Below the pieces are notes generated by a model. The model did not search any database, was not told the origin of the DNA, and saw only the letters and a list, made by a program, of their open reading frames with translations. A DNA stretch of 64,000 bases, taken from the NCBI GenBank assembly GCA_964016885.1, contig OZ024740.1:430590001-430654000 (forward strand), written 5' to 3'. Below are positions 30,425-45,311 of this stretch, piece after piece. Every line of letters begins with the position of its first letter. The first letter of the stretch is position 1. Origin of the DNA: Eledone cirrhosa. Its lineage: Eukaryota. A program made the position numbers and the translations under genes.

Positions 30425-30586
30425 GAGAGAGAGAGAGATAGAGGGAGAGGGAGAGAGATGGTATATATATATATATATCATGATCATCATCGTTTAACGT
30501 CTATCTTCCACACTAGCATGGGTTAGACAGGAGTTGTCCCACTTGAAGCAAGATTGGTCGGGTGACCGTGTCTCACTCATATAGGA

Positions 30587-31868
30587 CTATCATCATCATC
30601 ATCATCATCACCGTTTTACGTCCGTTCTTCCACGTTAGCATGGGTTAGACGGGTTGTCCTGTTGTGGGCAGTGTCTGGTCGGCTGACCATGCCTTGCTCA
30701 TACAGGAACTGATTTGGCTTGATTTCTACAGCTGGATGCCCTTCCTAACACCAACCTCATTTACAGTGAGTGCTGGGTGCTTTTTCGTGGCGCCTACACG
30801 TCCACTTTACAGTGTGGGCTGGGTGCTTTTTTGCCGTGGCACCTCCACGAACACCTTGCGGTGGGGGGTGTGGGGGCATATTGTCTATATGCTTCAGCAT
30901 GTACCCATGGGAGGTCGGGTACCCTGTATTACTGCGTGACGCCAGAAGTCACGATCGTGTGTCATCGCCTTTGAGAGGTGTAATTGGGTAAGATCAGCTT
31001 TTATCACCTCATCCCAGGTCATCTTGGGTCTCCCCACTCCGCGGTTTCCATCAACTTCTAGTGCTCTGCACCTTTTTATGCAGCTGTCATCCTTCATACG
31101 CATCACATGTCCATACCAGCGCAACTGCCTCTCCTGCACACAGCATTTGGTTCCTCTTATGCTCAGTCTCTCTCTCAATTCATTTATGCTTTGTCATTCA
31201 CGTATATTACTGTTACACATCCATCGGAGCATGCAGGCTTCATTTCTCTCTAATCTACATAAGTCTTCCACCTTCAGCGCCCAGGTCTCACTACCATGCA
31301 ACATTGCTGTTCGGATACATGCATCCTACAGTCTGCCTTTCATTTTGAGGGAGAAGCCTTTTGCAGCTAGCAGTGGTAGTAGTTCCCTAAACTTCTTCCA
31401 TCCCGTTCTTACCCTAGTTATTGTACTTTCTGAACACCCACCTCCGTTGCTAATTCGGTCACCTAGGTAGCAGAAGCTGTCTCCTGTTTCTACAGAGCCC
31501 TCCCAGAGATTGGTGGTACTTGTTTCCTGTGGCTTTTTGCTGCTTACTGTCCCAGCACAGCTGCTGTATGTGAAGCCTACATTCTTAATTAAGCTTCCTG
31601 AGATCCCGCTACATCTCTTGTGTACCCATTGTTTGCATTTGGGGCAGAGAATGGAGTTCCTACCTACACCTTTCCTACATACTGAGCAAGGCCATTTCCC
31701 TGAGGGGATCTGGGTTCTGTTTTCTCGTCTACTTACAAGGACCTTAGTCTTTGTCATGTTGACTTTGAGACCCTTTCTCTCTAGTCCCTTCCAAGTTTGG
31801 AATTTCTTCTCTAGTTCTACCATAGATTCAGCTATGAGGTCATCAGCATACAGGAGTTCCCATGGGCA
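30587..31868 (-). mobile_element. 5'-truncated RTE LINE, family A
   Basis: ELLYADD region, C-rich finger, [19 protein letters not shown] motifs. 3' UTR ends GGACGTAAAACGGT(GAT)n. Confidence 0.92.
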
Positions 31869-32052
31869 TCCGATCTGGTAGGTTTTCTACAGTTGGATGC
31901 CCTTCCAAACACCAACCACATTTACACAGTGTGGACTGGGAGCTTTTTTACCGTGTTACCTACACGGCCACATTACAGCGTGGACTATTTTTCCCCCCTC
32001 CCTTTTCTTTTTCCCTTCTCTCTTTCCTTCTTTTATATATATATATATACAT

Positions 32053-32083
<31 letters not shown>

Positions 32084-32759
32084 CCGTTTAACGTCCATTT
32101 TTCCACACTAACATGGGAAGCTACATATATATGTCTATGAATTTAACTTCATGGATACATTTGCAAGTGCCTGAAGAAAGGTCACAAATTTGATGGCTCT
32201 TGTTTTCTGAAGCTATGGTCAAATTTGGGCCTTGAAACTTTGGGTAGTGCCTTTGTTTCCTGTATGAACAATAATAAATATTTCTACTCTTGTCTCAATT
32301 GAGCACCGTTTTCCCTTTCACATCTTTGTATATTGCTACATAAACATATATAGGAAGACATGCTTGAGGACCCTGCCCCTCGACCCTTCCAGGAATAAGT
32401 GGGGGAAGCAGAAGTAGAAGAGAAGAGAAAAGGTGTGTTGCCAATGTGAAAAGTTTGGAAATATTTGCTCTATGTAATCATCACCAGCTTTATGTCTATT
32501 TTTCCATTCTGGCATGAAGTGGATGAGACTTCTTGAGGCACAAAGACCAAATGTTCTTCCTGATACAAAGCAATGTTTGTTGTTTGTTTTGTTTCGTTTT
32601 TGATTTTCCTCTTTTAAAGTAAGATATGGCTCTTCACATGTCTAACTGCTCTACAGTGAGATTTCTGTTTATGTGGGACATAAGCAAATATCACCACCTG
32701 TAATGTTAAAGGCAAAGAGAATAAATAAACAAACACACACACACACACACACAAACAAC

Positions 32760-32900
32760 GCTGGTGACCTCCGCCTGTTCAAGGATTTCAACATTGGTGA
32801 CAAAGTCTCTACAGTGGATGGTATGGAGGAGTGCTGGTGGAAGTACTGAAGGAGACGAAGGTGGTGTAAGTTACCTACCACTCTGAGCCATATAGGAGGG
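32760..32900 (-). pseudogene. Old frameshifted RTE-clade ORF fragment
   Basis: Minus-strand translation across a frameshift gives HHLRLLQYFHQH...IHCRDFVTNVEILEQAEVTS. Confidence 0.6.
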
Positions 32901-33639
32901 TGGTAAGGACTATGGTTCTATACACTCTGATCTTGGTACCCCTCTTCAGGTGTTTATTCTTCCACTCTCATTTGTAGTCTTCGAAATGTACTGCTCACTT
33001 TTGCCTGTCTGTTGTTGTTTACTGTGTCGTTCTTGGCCTCTCATGGACTGTTTTCAGAGTCATGCCAATGGTAATATGGGGAGGGTGGTACTCTTACTGA
33101 GGTGCAGGCTGGTGGAGTACCTGAAGCAAAGGTGGTTAGTAGTTATCGTTAGAAGAAATAACACAAATAGCTGGTTTACTTTTGATATAAAAGATTTACT
33201 TCACTTCACTTCATAAATGAACAAAGAACAGGTTATTAAGAGTTATAATGGTTGAAGATGTTTTTGACGTTGCTTCATTTATCTGGTGTAGTCTGTGGCC
33301 AGAGGTGAGAAGTCTATAGACCAGGAGAGAGAGAGTAAAGGTCTGTAGCTGTCTGTAGACCCCAGGGAACTGTAGTTAGAGGTGAATGTTTTGCATAGCT
33401 ATTCTCTTGTATACTGCTCCGATTTCTCTTGCTTGGTCTGATACAGGCTATGAACTTGTTTACGCCCAAAAGGAGGTGACCCGAAATTTGACCTTTCTGT
33501 GTTACCCAGGGTTCAAGGTGTGGTCAGATTTCGCTACATACCTCCATCTTTAAGCTTACTTCTAGCCCAAAGAGCTGGACAGCCCTTTTTCGTTCCTTTC
33601 CCATCACTACAGTGCTTGAGGTGGTTGGTGGTCGATGAC

Positions 33640-33878
33640 ATATCCTTCAAGCCTGCACAGTGGAGTTTTTAGGTGAAGTGCACTGAACTGACCGAATCCA
33701 TTACACCCAGGGTTCATATGTCCTGACCTATTGTCGTTGGCGTTAGGAAGGGTTCCAGCTGTAGAAACAGTTCTGTGGGGGTAAAACAGTCACCGGACCC
33801 AACTTGCCTCAATGTGTAACCCATGCTAATGGGAAAAAATGGACGTTAAACGGTGATGATGATGATGATGATGATGAT
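33640..33878 (+). mobile_element. RTE-type or SINE 3' end with (GAT)n tail
   Basis: GTTAGGAAGGG..CCAGCTGTAGAAAC ... AACCCATGC...GGACGTTAAACGGT(GAT)n. Confidence 0.6.
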
Positions 33879-33902
33879 ATATATATATATATATATATAT
33901 AT

Positions 33903-34529
<627 letters not shown>

Positions 34530-34609
34530 TATATACATATGTATATATACACACACACACATACATATACATATATATACACATACATACATATATATAT
34601 ATATATATA

Positions 34610-37037
34610 TGCGCCCCATCCTCCAAACACAATCCAAAACTCCAGAGTTGGTACCATGAATGTAGGCACCTTAAAAGACCGCTCTAACGAGGTTGTAGAA
34701 TTACTTGAACGTAAGGAGGTTGATGTTTGCTGTATCCAAGAGACCAGGTGGAGGGGTGGGTCTGCTAGATTTATTGTGGGTAAAAAACGTTGCTATAAGC
34801 TTTTCTGGGTGGGAAATGACAATGGGATAGATGGGGTAGGAATCATGTTAGCAGAAAAATGGGTGGATAAGATAATAGACGTAAATAGAGTGAATGACAG
34901 AATAATTAAAATAAGACTTGTTCTAAACAGAACTACTGTGACAGTAATATCTGCATACACGCCCCAATCCGGACTGCCTGGCGCTATAAAAGACAGATTC
35001 TATGAGACACTGATGCTCACTACCTCCCAAATAACCGACAGTGACTATATAATTATTGCTGGCGACCTAAATGGCCACGTTGGACAACATTGTGACGGCT
35101 ATGACGGAATCCACGGAGGCTATGGGTTTGGTACTAGAAACGAAGAAGGCTCCAGAATCCTGGAATTCTGTCATGCAAATAACCTAACTATCTGTAACAC
35201 TAACTTCAAAAAACAAGACAATCACTTGATCACCTACAGATCAGGGGAACATACCAGCCAGGTAGATTATATTCTTACCAGAAGACGTGACAGAGTGTCT
35301 GTTGTAAACACTAAATCCCTCCCCCATGAAGAATGCACCTCCCAACATAGACTGATAATTAGCGACCTCATAGTCAGGGCGAGACGTTCTCGACAACAGA
35401 AGAGGACTATCCTCAGGAGAAAAATATGGAAGCTAAAGGATCCCACAGCCAGAAATAAATTTCAAAGCATATTACTTGATGCTTTCGACAGTAAGGAAGA
35501 GCAATTAGAGTCGTACAATGTAGAGGAACAGTGGGAATTCCTGAAAGCAAAACTGCTGATGGCGGCAGACGAAGTCTGTGGCTGGAGCAGGCCTGTAGGC
35601 AGGAGGAGAGTAACATGGTGGTGGAACAGTAAGGTGGAGGGGTCAATCAAGGCCAAAAAGCAGGCTTGGAAAGCATGGCGGGATGGGGGAAGTAGAGAAG
35701 ACTATCAAGTGGCCAGGAGGGAAGCTAGGAGACAAGTGTACTTCGCAAGAAGGGAAGCAGAGGAAAGAAAGTTCAAGCATGTTCTACAACGCGAGGACTA
35801 AAAACGTGAGGTGTTCAGGATTGCTAGGCAATGTGTCAAGGAAAACCGTGATATTGTCGGGGAAAAGTGTGTACTTAACGATGATGGCGTACTTGCCATC
35901 ACTGACGCTGATAAGAAGGTAGCATGGAAGTGTCACTACGAAAGGCTACTAAATGAGGAGAATAAATGGGAGAAAGACAGTCTCCCCCACATCGACCCAA
36001 TAGAGGGACCAGCAGTGTTAGTCGAAGGTAGTATAATAAGTAAGGCAATCAAAGATATGAAGACGGGTAAGGCGGCTGGGCCTTCGGAAATAGTTGCTGA
36101 GATGCTGAATGCCTCTGGAACGGTGGGACACACCATGGTCACCCGGATAGTAGACCAAGTCATACAGAATGGGGTTGTTCCGAAGGACTGGCGTAGCAGC
36201 ATCATCGTTAACTGTTACAAGGGTAAAGGAGACGCCCTAGATAGGAGTAACTATAGAGGCATTAAATTAATCGACCAGGTCATGAAGGTCACGGAAAAAG
36301 TAATAGCACAACTAATCAGAGAGAGAATTGATCTAGATGAAATGCAGTTCGGGTTTGTGTCAGGCAAAAGTACCACAGACGCTCTTTTCATTGTACGACA
36401 ACTACAGGAGAAGTACCTAGCTAAAAGTAAACTCCTATACTTAGCTTTTGTCGACTTGGAGAAAGCCTTCGACAGAGTCCCCCGTTCCATTATCTGGTGG
36501 GCTCTTAGAAAACTAGGTGTTGACGAATGGCTTGTGAGAGCTATACAAGCCATGTATAAAGAAACAGTCAGCAAGGTTAGAATTAACAACGAATATAGTG
36601 AAGAGTTTAGCGTAAAAGTTGGTGTCTATCAGGGCTCTGTTCTTAGCCCCCTACTATTTATTATTGCCCTTCAGGCTATAACAGAGGAGTTCAAGACCGG
36701 CTGCCCATGGTAACTCCTATACGCAGATGATCTAACGCTCATAGCTGAATCAATGGCCGAGCTAGAGAAGAAATTCCAAACATGGAAGCACGGCCTAGAA
36801 TCAAAAGGCCTTAAAATTAACCTGGCTAAGACTAAAGTTCTAGTTTGTAGGAAAGAAAATAAGGCGCCGGTCCCTTCCGGGAAATGGCCATGCTCAGTGT
36901 GTAGGAAAGGAGTAGGTAGAAACTCCATTTTATGTCCCAAATGCAAAGTATGGGTGCATAAAAGATGTAGTGGGATCACAGGTAAGCTAACTAAGAACAT
37001 AGATTTTACATGTGGCCGGTGCTCTGGTGCAATAAGT
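34610..37037 (+). mobile_element. RTE LINE family B, APE+RT portion with in-frame stops at 35799 and 36711
   Basis: [65 protein letters not shown]. Confidence 0.95.
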
Positions 37038-37111
37038 ATACATATATATATATACAAACATACATATATATATATATACACACATACATATACATACATA
37101 TACACACATAT

Positions 37112-37148
<37 letters not shown>

Positions 37149-37151
<3 letters not shown>

Positions 37152-37431
37152 TTCATTTCATTTCATTTTACGTCCGCTTTTTCCCTGCTTGCAAGGGTGG
37201 GACGGGAACTGATTCTGGCTTGATTTCTACAGCTGGATGCCCTTCCTAAAACCAACCTCATTTACAGTGAGTGCTGGGTGCTTTTTTGCCGTGGCACCTC
37301 CACGACCACTTTGCAGTGGAATGATAGGGACCCCTGTCCCTATCATCTCATTTCTACAGCTGAGTAAACTGGAGCAATGTGAAATAAAGTGTCTTGCTCA
37401 AGGAAACAACACATCACCCGGTCTGAGAATT
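37149..37431 (-). mobile_element. 5'-truncated tRNA-derived SINE with RTE tail
   Basis: Near-identical to 39874-40150. Confidence 0.85.
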
Positions 37432-37451
37432 ATATATATATATATATATAC

Positions 37452-37536
<85 letters not shown>

Positions 37537-37537
<1 letters not shown>

Positions 37538-38115
37538 CATCATCATCATCATCAACGTTTAACGTCCGTGTTCCACGCTTGCATGGGTTTGGACGGGGGT
37601 AGTCCCACTTGAGGCAAGAGTGATTGTCTTGCTCGCATAGGACTGTCTGGCAGGTTTTCTACAGTTGGATGCCCTTCCTAACACCAACCACATTTACAGT
37701 GTGGGTCTGGGAGGTTTTTACCGTGTTGCCTACACGGCCACATTACAGCGTGGACTGTGTGTTTTTTTGTCGTGACACCTACACGATCTCATTTATTTCG
37801 GCCTATGGCGCGGCACCAACATAACTTTACATAGAACGGGGTGGTGTGGATGGGGTGGGGGCGGTGGTGGTGGGACGGGGTGTATTTTGTTAGAGATGCC
37901 TACTGGTTGGAGTAGGTTTTACTATATATTTAGGTAAGGCGGGTCTTCTCTGTTACTGAGTACCGCCAAAGGTCTTGGTCCAGTGACATTGTCTTGGAGA
38001 GGTGTAAGTGTGTGATGTCGGAGTTTATCAGCTCGTCCCAGGTTTTTCTAGGTCTGCCTATTCCGTGACTACCGTCTATCTTTATTGCCCTGCACTTTGT
38101 TATACAGCTATCGAC

Positions 38116-38120
<5 letters not shown>
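37537..38120 (-). mobile_element. RTE family B 3' fragment
   Basis: [28 protein letters not shown], 3' UTR and (GAT)n tail. Confidence 0.9.
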
Positions 38121-38184
<64 letters not shown>

Positions 38185-38606
38185 CATAATATAAGATCAA
38201 AAGATGGTTAAAGGAGTTCCATATATTTTATTATGCGCATTTCAAAAACAAACATCATCAAGCAATAATATTTGTGTTTTCATCAGATAAAACAGGAGAA
38301 CATGATATGAAGGCTAAAAAACACTTGTTGATAGTGCAGTTTTAAATCAACATATGTTGATTTAAAACTGCACTATCAACAAGTGTTTTTTAGCCTTCAT
38401 ATCATGTTCTCCTGTTTTATCTGATGAAAACACAAATATTATTGCTTGATGATGTTTGTTTTTGAAATGCGCATAATAAAATATATGGAACTCCTTTAAC
38501 CATCTTTTGATCTTATATTATGCATACTCCAGTCCCACAAACTGTAGAGTGCTTCTTATCCGATATCTGCATTGCTTTATTGTACTACAATAAAACTCAC
38601 CTCCTA
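38185..38606 (+). mobile_element. Fold-back hammerhead element, family P1: 338-bp perfect palindrome plus ~85-bp tail
   Basis: Axis CAT|ATG at 38353/38354; arms 38185-38353 and 38354-38522. Homolog at 55413-55691. Confidence 0.88.
38414..38482 (+). ncRNA. Type I minimal hammerhead ribozyme (mirror copy on minus strand at 38225-38293)
   Basis: GTTTTAT CTGATGA [16-bp stem II] GAAA TGCGCA TA ATAAAAT. Stem I pairs; stem III region is palindromic. Confidence 0.82.
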
Positions 38607-38611
38607 TATAT

Positions 38612-39841
38612 ATCATCATCATCATCATCATCATCACCGTTTTACGTCCGTTCTTCCACGCTAGCATGGGTTAGACGGGTTGTCCTGTTGTGGGCAGTGT
38701 CTGGTCGGCTGACCATGCCTTGCTCATACAGGAACTGATCTGGCTTGATTTCTACAGCTGGATGCCCTTCCTAACACCAACCTCATTTACAGTGAGTGCT
38801 GGGTGCTTTTTCGTGGCGCCTACACGTCCACTTTACAGTGTGGGCTGGGTGCTTTTTTGCCGTGGCACCTCCACGGCCACCTTGCGGTGGGGTGGGGGGG
38901 GGGGCATATTGTTTATATGCTTCAGCATGTACCCATGGGAGGTCGGGTACCCTGTATTACTGCGTGACGCCAGAAGTCACGGTCGTGTGTCATTGACTTT
39001 GAGAGGTGTAGTTGGGTAAGGTCGGCTTTTATCACCTCATCCCAAGTCATCTTGGGTCTCCCCACTCCGCGGTTTCCATCAACTTCTAGTGCTCTGCACC
39101 TTTTTATGCAGCTGTCATCCTTCATACGCATCACATGTCCATACCAGCGTAACCGCCTCTCCTGCACGCAGCATTTGATTCCTCTTATGCTCAGTCTCTC
39201 TCTCAATTCCTTTATGCTTTGTCGTTCACGTATATTACTGTTACACATCCATCGGAGCATGCAGGCTTCGTTTCTCTCTAATCTACGTAAGTCTTCCACC
39301 TTCAGCGCCCAGGTCTCACTACCATGCAACATCGCTGTTCGGATACACGCATCATACAGTCTGCCTTTCATTCTGAGGGAGAAGCCTTTTGCAGCTAGCA
39401 GTGGTAGTAGTTCCCTAAACTTCTTCCATCCCGTTCTTACCCTAGTTATTGTACTTTCTGAGCACCCACCTCCGTTGCTAATTCGGTCACCTAGGTAGCA
39501 GAAGCTGTCTACTGTTTCTACAGGGCCCTCCCAGAGATTGGTGGTACTTGTTTCCTGTGGCTGTTTGCTTGCTGTTTCAGCACAGCTGCTGCATGTGAAT
39601 CCTACATTCTTAATTAAGCTTCCTGAGATCCCGCTACATCTCTTGTGTACCCATTGTTTGCATTTGGGGCAGAGAATGGAGTTTCTACCTACACCTTTCC
39701 TACATACTGAGCAAGGCCATTTCCCTGAGGGGATCTGGGTTCTGTTTTCTCGTCTACTTACAAGGACCTTAGTCTTTGTCATGTTGACTTTGAGGCCCTT
39801 TCTCTCTAGTCCCTGCTTCCAGGTTTGGAATTTATTCTCTC
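38612..39841 (-). mobile_element. 5'-truncated RTE LINE, family A
   Basis: ORF 38922-39782 (286 aa RT C-terminus). 3' UTR matches the 30587 copy. Confidence 0.93.
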
Positions 39842-41450
<1,609 letters not shown>

Positions 41451-41451
41451 A

Positions 41452-41530
<79 letters not shown>

Positions 41531-41536
<6 letters not shown>

Positions 41537-41867
41537 GAAAAATTGAACAGGGACAGAACAGAGAGGCAGTACGACAAATGTTTATTAAATTCACGCTCAG
41601 GAGAGTGGGGGGTAGGTGGAGGACGACGTTTCGGGCATAAGCCCTTCTTCAGGTGAGAGTTCAAAAGGTGTGTAGGGGAGTGGTGGAGAGACATATAGCG
41701 AAAGGAAACGGTGCGAATGAATGCGTGGAAATAAAGACAAAGTGTGGGAAGGTGTGTAAAGTTCGGAGAATGGTCACGGCGGATTAGATCGGGGTTGAGC
41801 CGGTTGTTAAGTTAAGTTCCAAGGATGGAGGCCGTGTGAGCGTGTGTTTTGTATAATGAAAAATTGA
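41531..41867 (-). mobile_element. 321-bp non-coding unit with 16-bp terminal redundancy and a hammerhead-like core
   Basis: TATAATGAAAAATTGA at 41531-41546 and 41852-41867. Minus strand CTGAAGA A GGGC-TTAT-GCCC GAAACGTCGTC at 41652-41622. Confidence 0.65.
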
Positions 41868-41871
41868 TATA

Positions 41872-42170
<299 letters not shown>

Positions 42171-42189
42171 TCATCATCATCATCATCAT

Positions 42190-42372
42190 CATCCTTTGGG
42201 AGCCCCTACATGGACACACTAGAAGAGGAAGACCAAGGTTAACATATGTTGATGCCCTAAGGACAGACACTGGTCTGTTGGAGATGCAGGATATGGCAGC
42301 GATAATGAGGGACAGAGACCGCTGGAGAGAACTCGTCCATGGATCTCGGGAATTTTACCTGCCTTAGATAGA
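42190..42372 (+). pseudogene. 3' end of a further RTE/RTEX-like LINE
   Basis: [23 protein letters not shown]...MRDRDRWR, with a (TAGA)n tail. Confidence 0.75.
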
Positions 42373-42512
42373 TATATATATATATATATATACATACACA
42401 TACTGTTATGCGAAAACCAACCAAACAGTGAGGAGTGTGTTCTGTTATTAATTCTGGCAATATTACGCAAATATGACCCTCCCCAAATATAACAATATAT
42501 ATATATATATAC

Positions 42513-42549
<37 letters not shown>

Positions 42550-42550
<1 letters not shown>

Positions 42551-44622
42551 CATCATCATCATCATCATCATCATCGTTTAACGCCCGTATTCCATGCTTG
42601 CATGGGTTTGGATGGGGGGTTCTCCCACTTGAGGCAAGAGTGGTTGTCTTGCTCGCATAGGACTGTCTAGCGGGTTTTCTACAGCTGGATGCCCTTCCTA
42701 ACACCAACCACATTTACAGTGTGGGTCTGGGAGGTTTTTACCGTGTTGCCTACACGGGCACATTACAGCGTGGACTGTGTGTTTTTTTGTCGTGACACCT
42801 ACACGACCTCATTTGTTTCGGGCTGGATGTTGTGACACCAACATAACTTCACATTGAATGGGTGGTGTGGATGGGGTGGGGGTAGTGGGACGGGGTGTAT
42901 TTTGTTGGAGGTGCCTACTGACTGTAGTAGGTTTCACTTTGTACTTAGGTAAGGCGGGTCTTCTCTTTTACTGTGTAGTGCCAAAGCTCTCAGTCCAGTG
43001 ACATTGTCTTGGAGAGGTATAAGTGTGTGAGGTCGGAATTTATCAAGTCGTCCCAGGTTTTTCTGGGTTTGCCTACTCTGTGGCTACCGTCTATTTTTAT
43101 TGCCCTGCACTTTTTTATACAGCTGTCGTCTTTCATGCGCGTCACGTGACCATACCAACATAGTCTTCTTTCGAGTAAACAACATCTGATCCCTCTTATT
43201 TCTAATTTCTCCCTTAGTACGTTTATGCTTTAGCGTTCGCGTATGTTACTATTACACATCCAGCGGAGCATGCAAGCTTCGTTTCTCTCCAGTCTGCGTA
43301 TATCCTCTGCACACAATGCCCAGGTCTCACTGCCATGGAACATTGCTGTTCGTATGCAGGCATCATACAGCCTGCCTTTCATTTTTAGAGAGAACCCTTT
43401 AGCGGCCAATAGTGGTATAAGCTCTCTGAACTTTTTCCATCCCGTTCTGACCCTAGCTACTGTACTTTCAGAGCACCCTCCCCCACTGCTGATTTTATCA
43501 CCCAGGTAACGGAAGCTGTCCACTATTTCTATAGAACCATCTGTGCAATGGAACGAGTTAGTATTTTGTGGGCACTTGCTGCTACTTATTGCACCAGAGC
43601 ACCGGCCACATATAAAATCTATATTCTTAGATAGTTTACCTGTGATCCCACTACATCTTTTATGTACCCATACTTTGCATTTGGGACATAAAATGGAGTT
43701 TCTACCTACTCCTTTCCTACACACTGAGCATGGCCATTTCCCAGATGGGACCGGTGCCCTATTTTCCTTCCTACAAACTAGAACTTTAGTCTTAGACAAG
43801 TTAACTTTAAGGCCTTTTGATTCTAGGCCATGCTTCCATGTTTGGAATTTCTTCTCTAGTTCAGCCATTGATTCAGCTATGAGCGTTAGATCATCTGCAT
43901 ATAGGAGTTCCCATGGGCAGCCGGTCTTGAACTCCTCTGTTATAGCCTGAGGGGCAATAATAAATAGTAGGGGGCTAAGGACGGAGCCCTGATGAACACC
44001 AACTTTTATGCTAAACTCTTCACTATATTCGTTGTTAATTCTAACCTTGCTGGCTGTTTCTTTATACATGGCTTGTATAACTCTCACAAGCCATTCATCA
44101 ACACCTAGTTTTCTAAGGGCTCACCAGATAATCAAGCGGGGTACTCTGTCAAAAGCTTTCTCCAAGTCAACAAAAGCTAAGTATAGGGGTTTACTTTTAG
44201 CTAGGTACTTCTCCTGTAGTTGTACAATGAAAAGAGCGTCTGTTGTACTTTTACCTGACACAAACCCGAACTGCATTTCATCGAGATCAATTCGCTCTCT
44301 GATTAGTTGCGCTATTACTTTTTCTGTGACCTTCATGACCTGGTCAATTAATTTAATGCCTCTATAGTTACTCCTATCTAGGGCATCACCTTTACCATTG
44401 TAGCAGTTAATGATGATGCTGCTGCGCCAGTCCTTTGGAACGACCCCATTCTGTATGACTTGGTTTACTATCCGGGTGACCATAGTGTGTTCCACTGTTC
44501 CAGATGCTTTCAGCATTTCGGCAACTATTTCCGAAGGCCCTGCCGCCTTGCCCGTCTTCATGTCTTTGATCGCCTTACTTATTATACTACCTTCAACTTG
44601 CACTGCTGGTCCCTCTATTGGG

Positions 44623-44625
<3 letters not shown>
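42550..44625 (-). mobile_element. 5'-truncated RTE family B with RT domain, frameshifted
   Basis: ORFs 44121-44625 and 43230-44087 (GVHQGSVLSPLLF, YADD), plus 3' UTR and tail. Confidence 0.94.
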
Positions 44626-44703
<78 letters not shown>

Positions 44704-44708
<5 letters not shown>

Positions 44709-45234
44709 GGTGGCTGCCAACTCGTTTTCGAGTACGGCCACTACTTTATACCCATGTAGGAGAACTCCTACCGATGCGCGTTCAGCAACTTTTTAGTCCA
44801 GCCAGACTTGAAAACTCTGGTACAAACACTACACTTGTGACACTACACTTGTGACAATTATTGACACATAGTGCTGGGCCCATGGTACCATGTGACGACA
44901 AGTGCAGAGAGATCTCCAGATATAAAGCAATGCCTGTGCCGTCCCAAAGCCAGTCCCACTCTCTTAACCAAGATGATATTTACCAAAAAGAAGAACAAGT
45001 CAACATCATTGGATACCATCAGGTTGCAGGCGTTATATCAGAGTTTTCCTTCTCCTAGAATTCTGCCTTGACAAAGGCTAAGGGGTCATCTCTCCCGGTG
45101 ATTTTGGATGGCCATTGACTCTTAAGAGCTCCTTTGCCCTTTGACAGGTTTTGTTTTTAGTCCTGCAGGATTTCCAAAGTCACCCTCCTCACCAAGAAAC
45201 CTTAGTGGGGTTGTCAGTTTAGTCGCCAACGACC

Positions 45235-45237
<3 letters not shown>
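44704..45237. mobile_element. Non-coding dispersed repeat(s); includes an RTE/RTEX 5'-UTR-like segment
   Basis: 44704-44810 has an inverted homolog at 52020-52125. TCAGAGTTTTCCTTCTCCTAG (~45038-45058) matches 60448-60468 in reverse. Confidence 0.5.
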
Positions 45238-45301
<64 letters not shown>

Positions 45302-45311
<10 letters not shown>

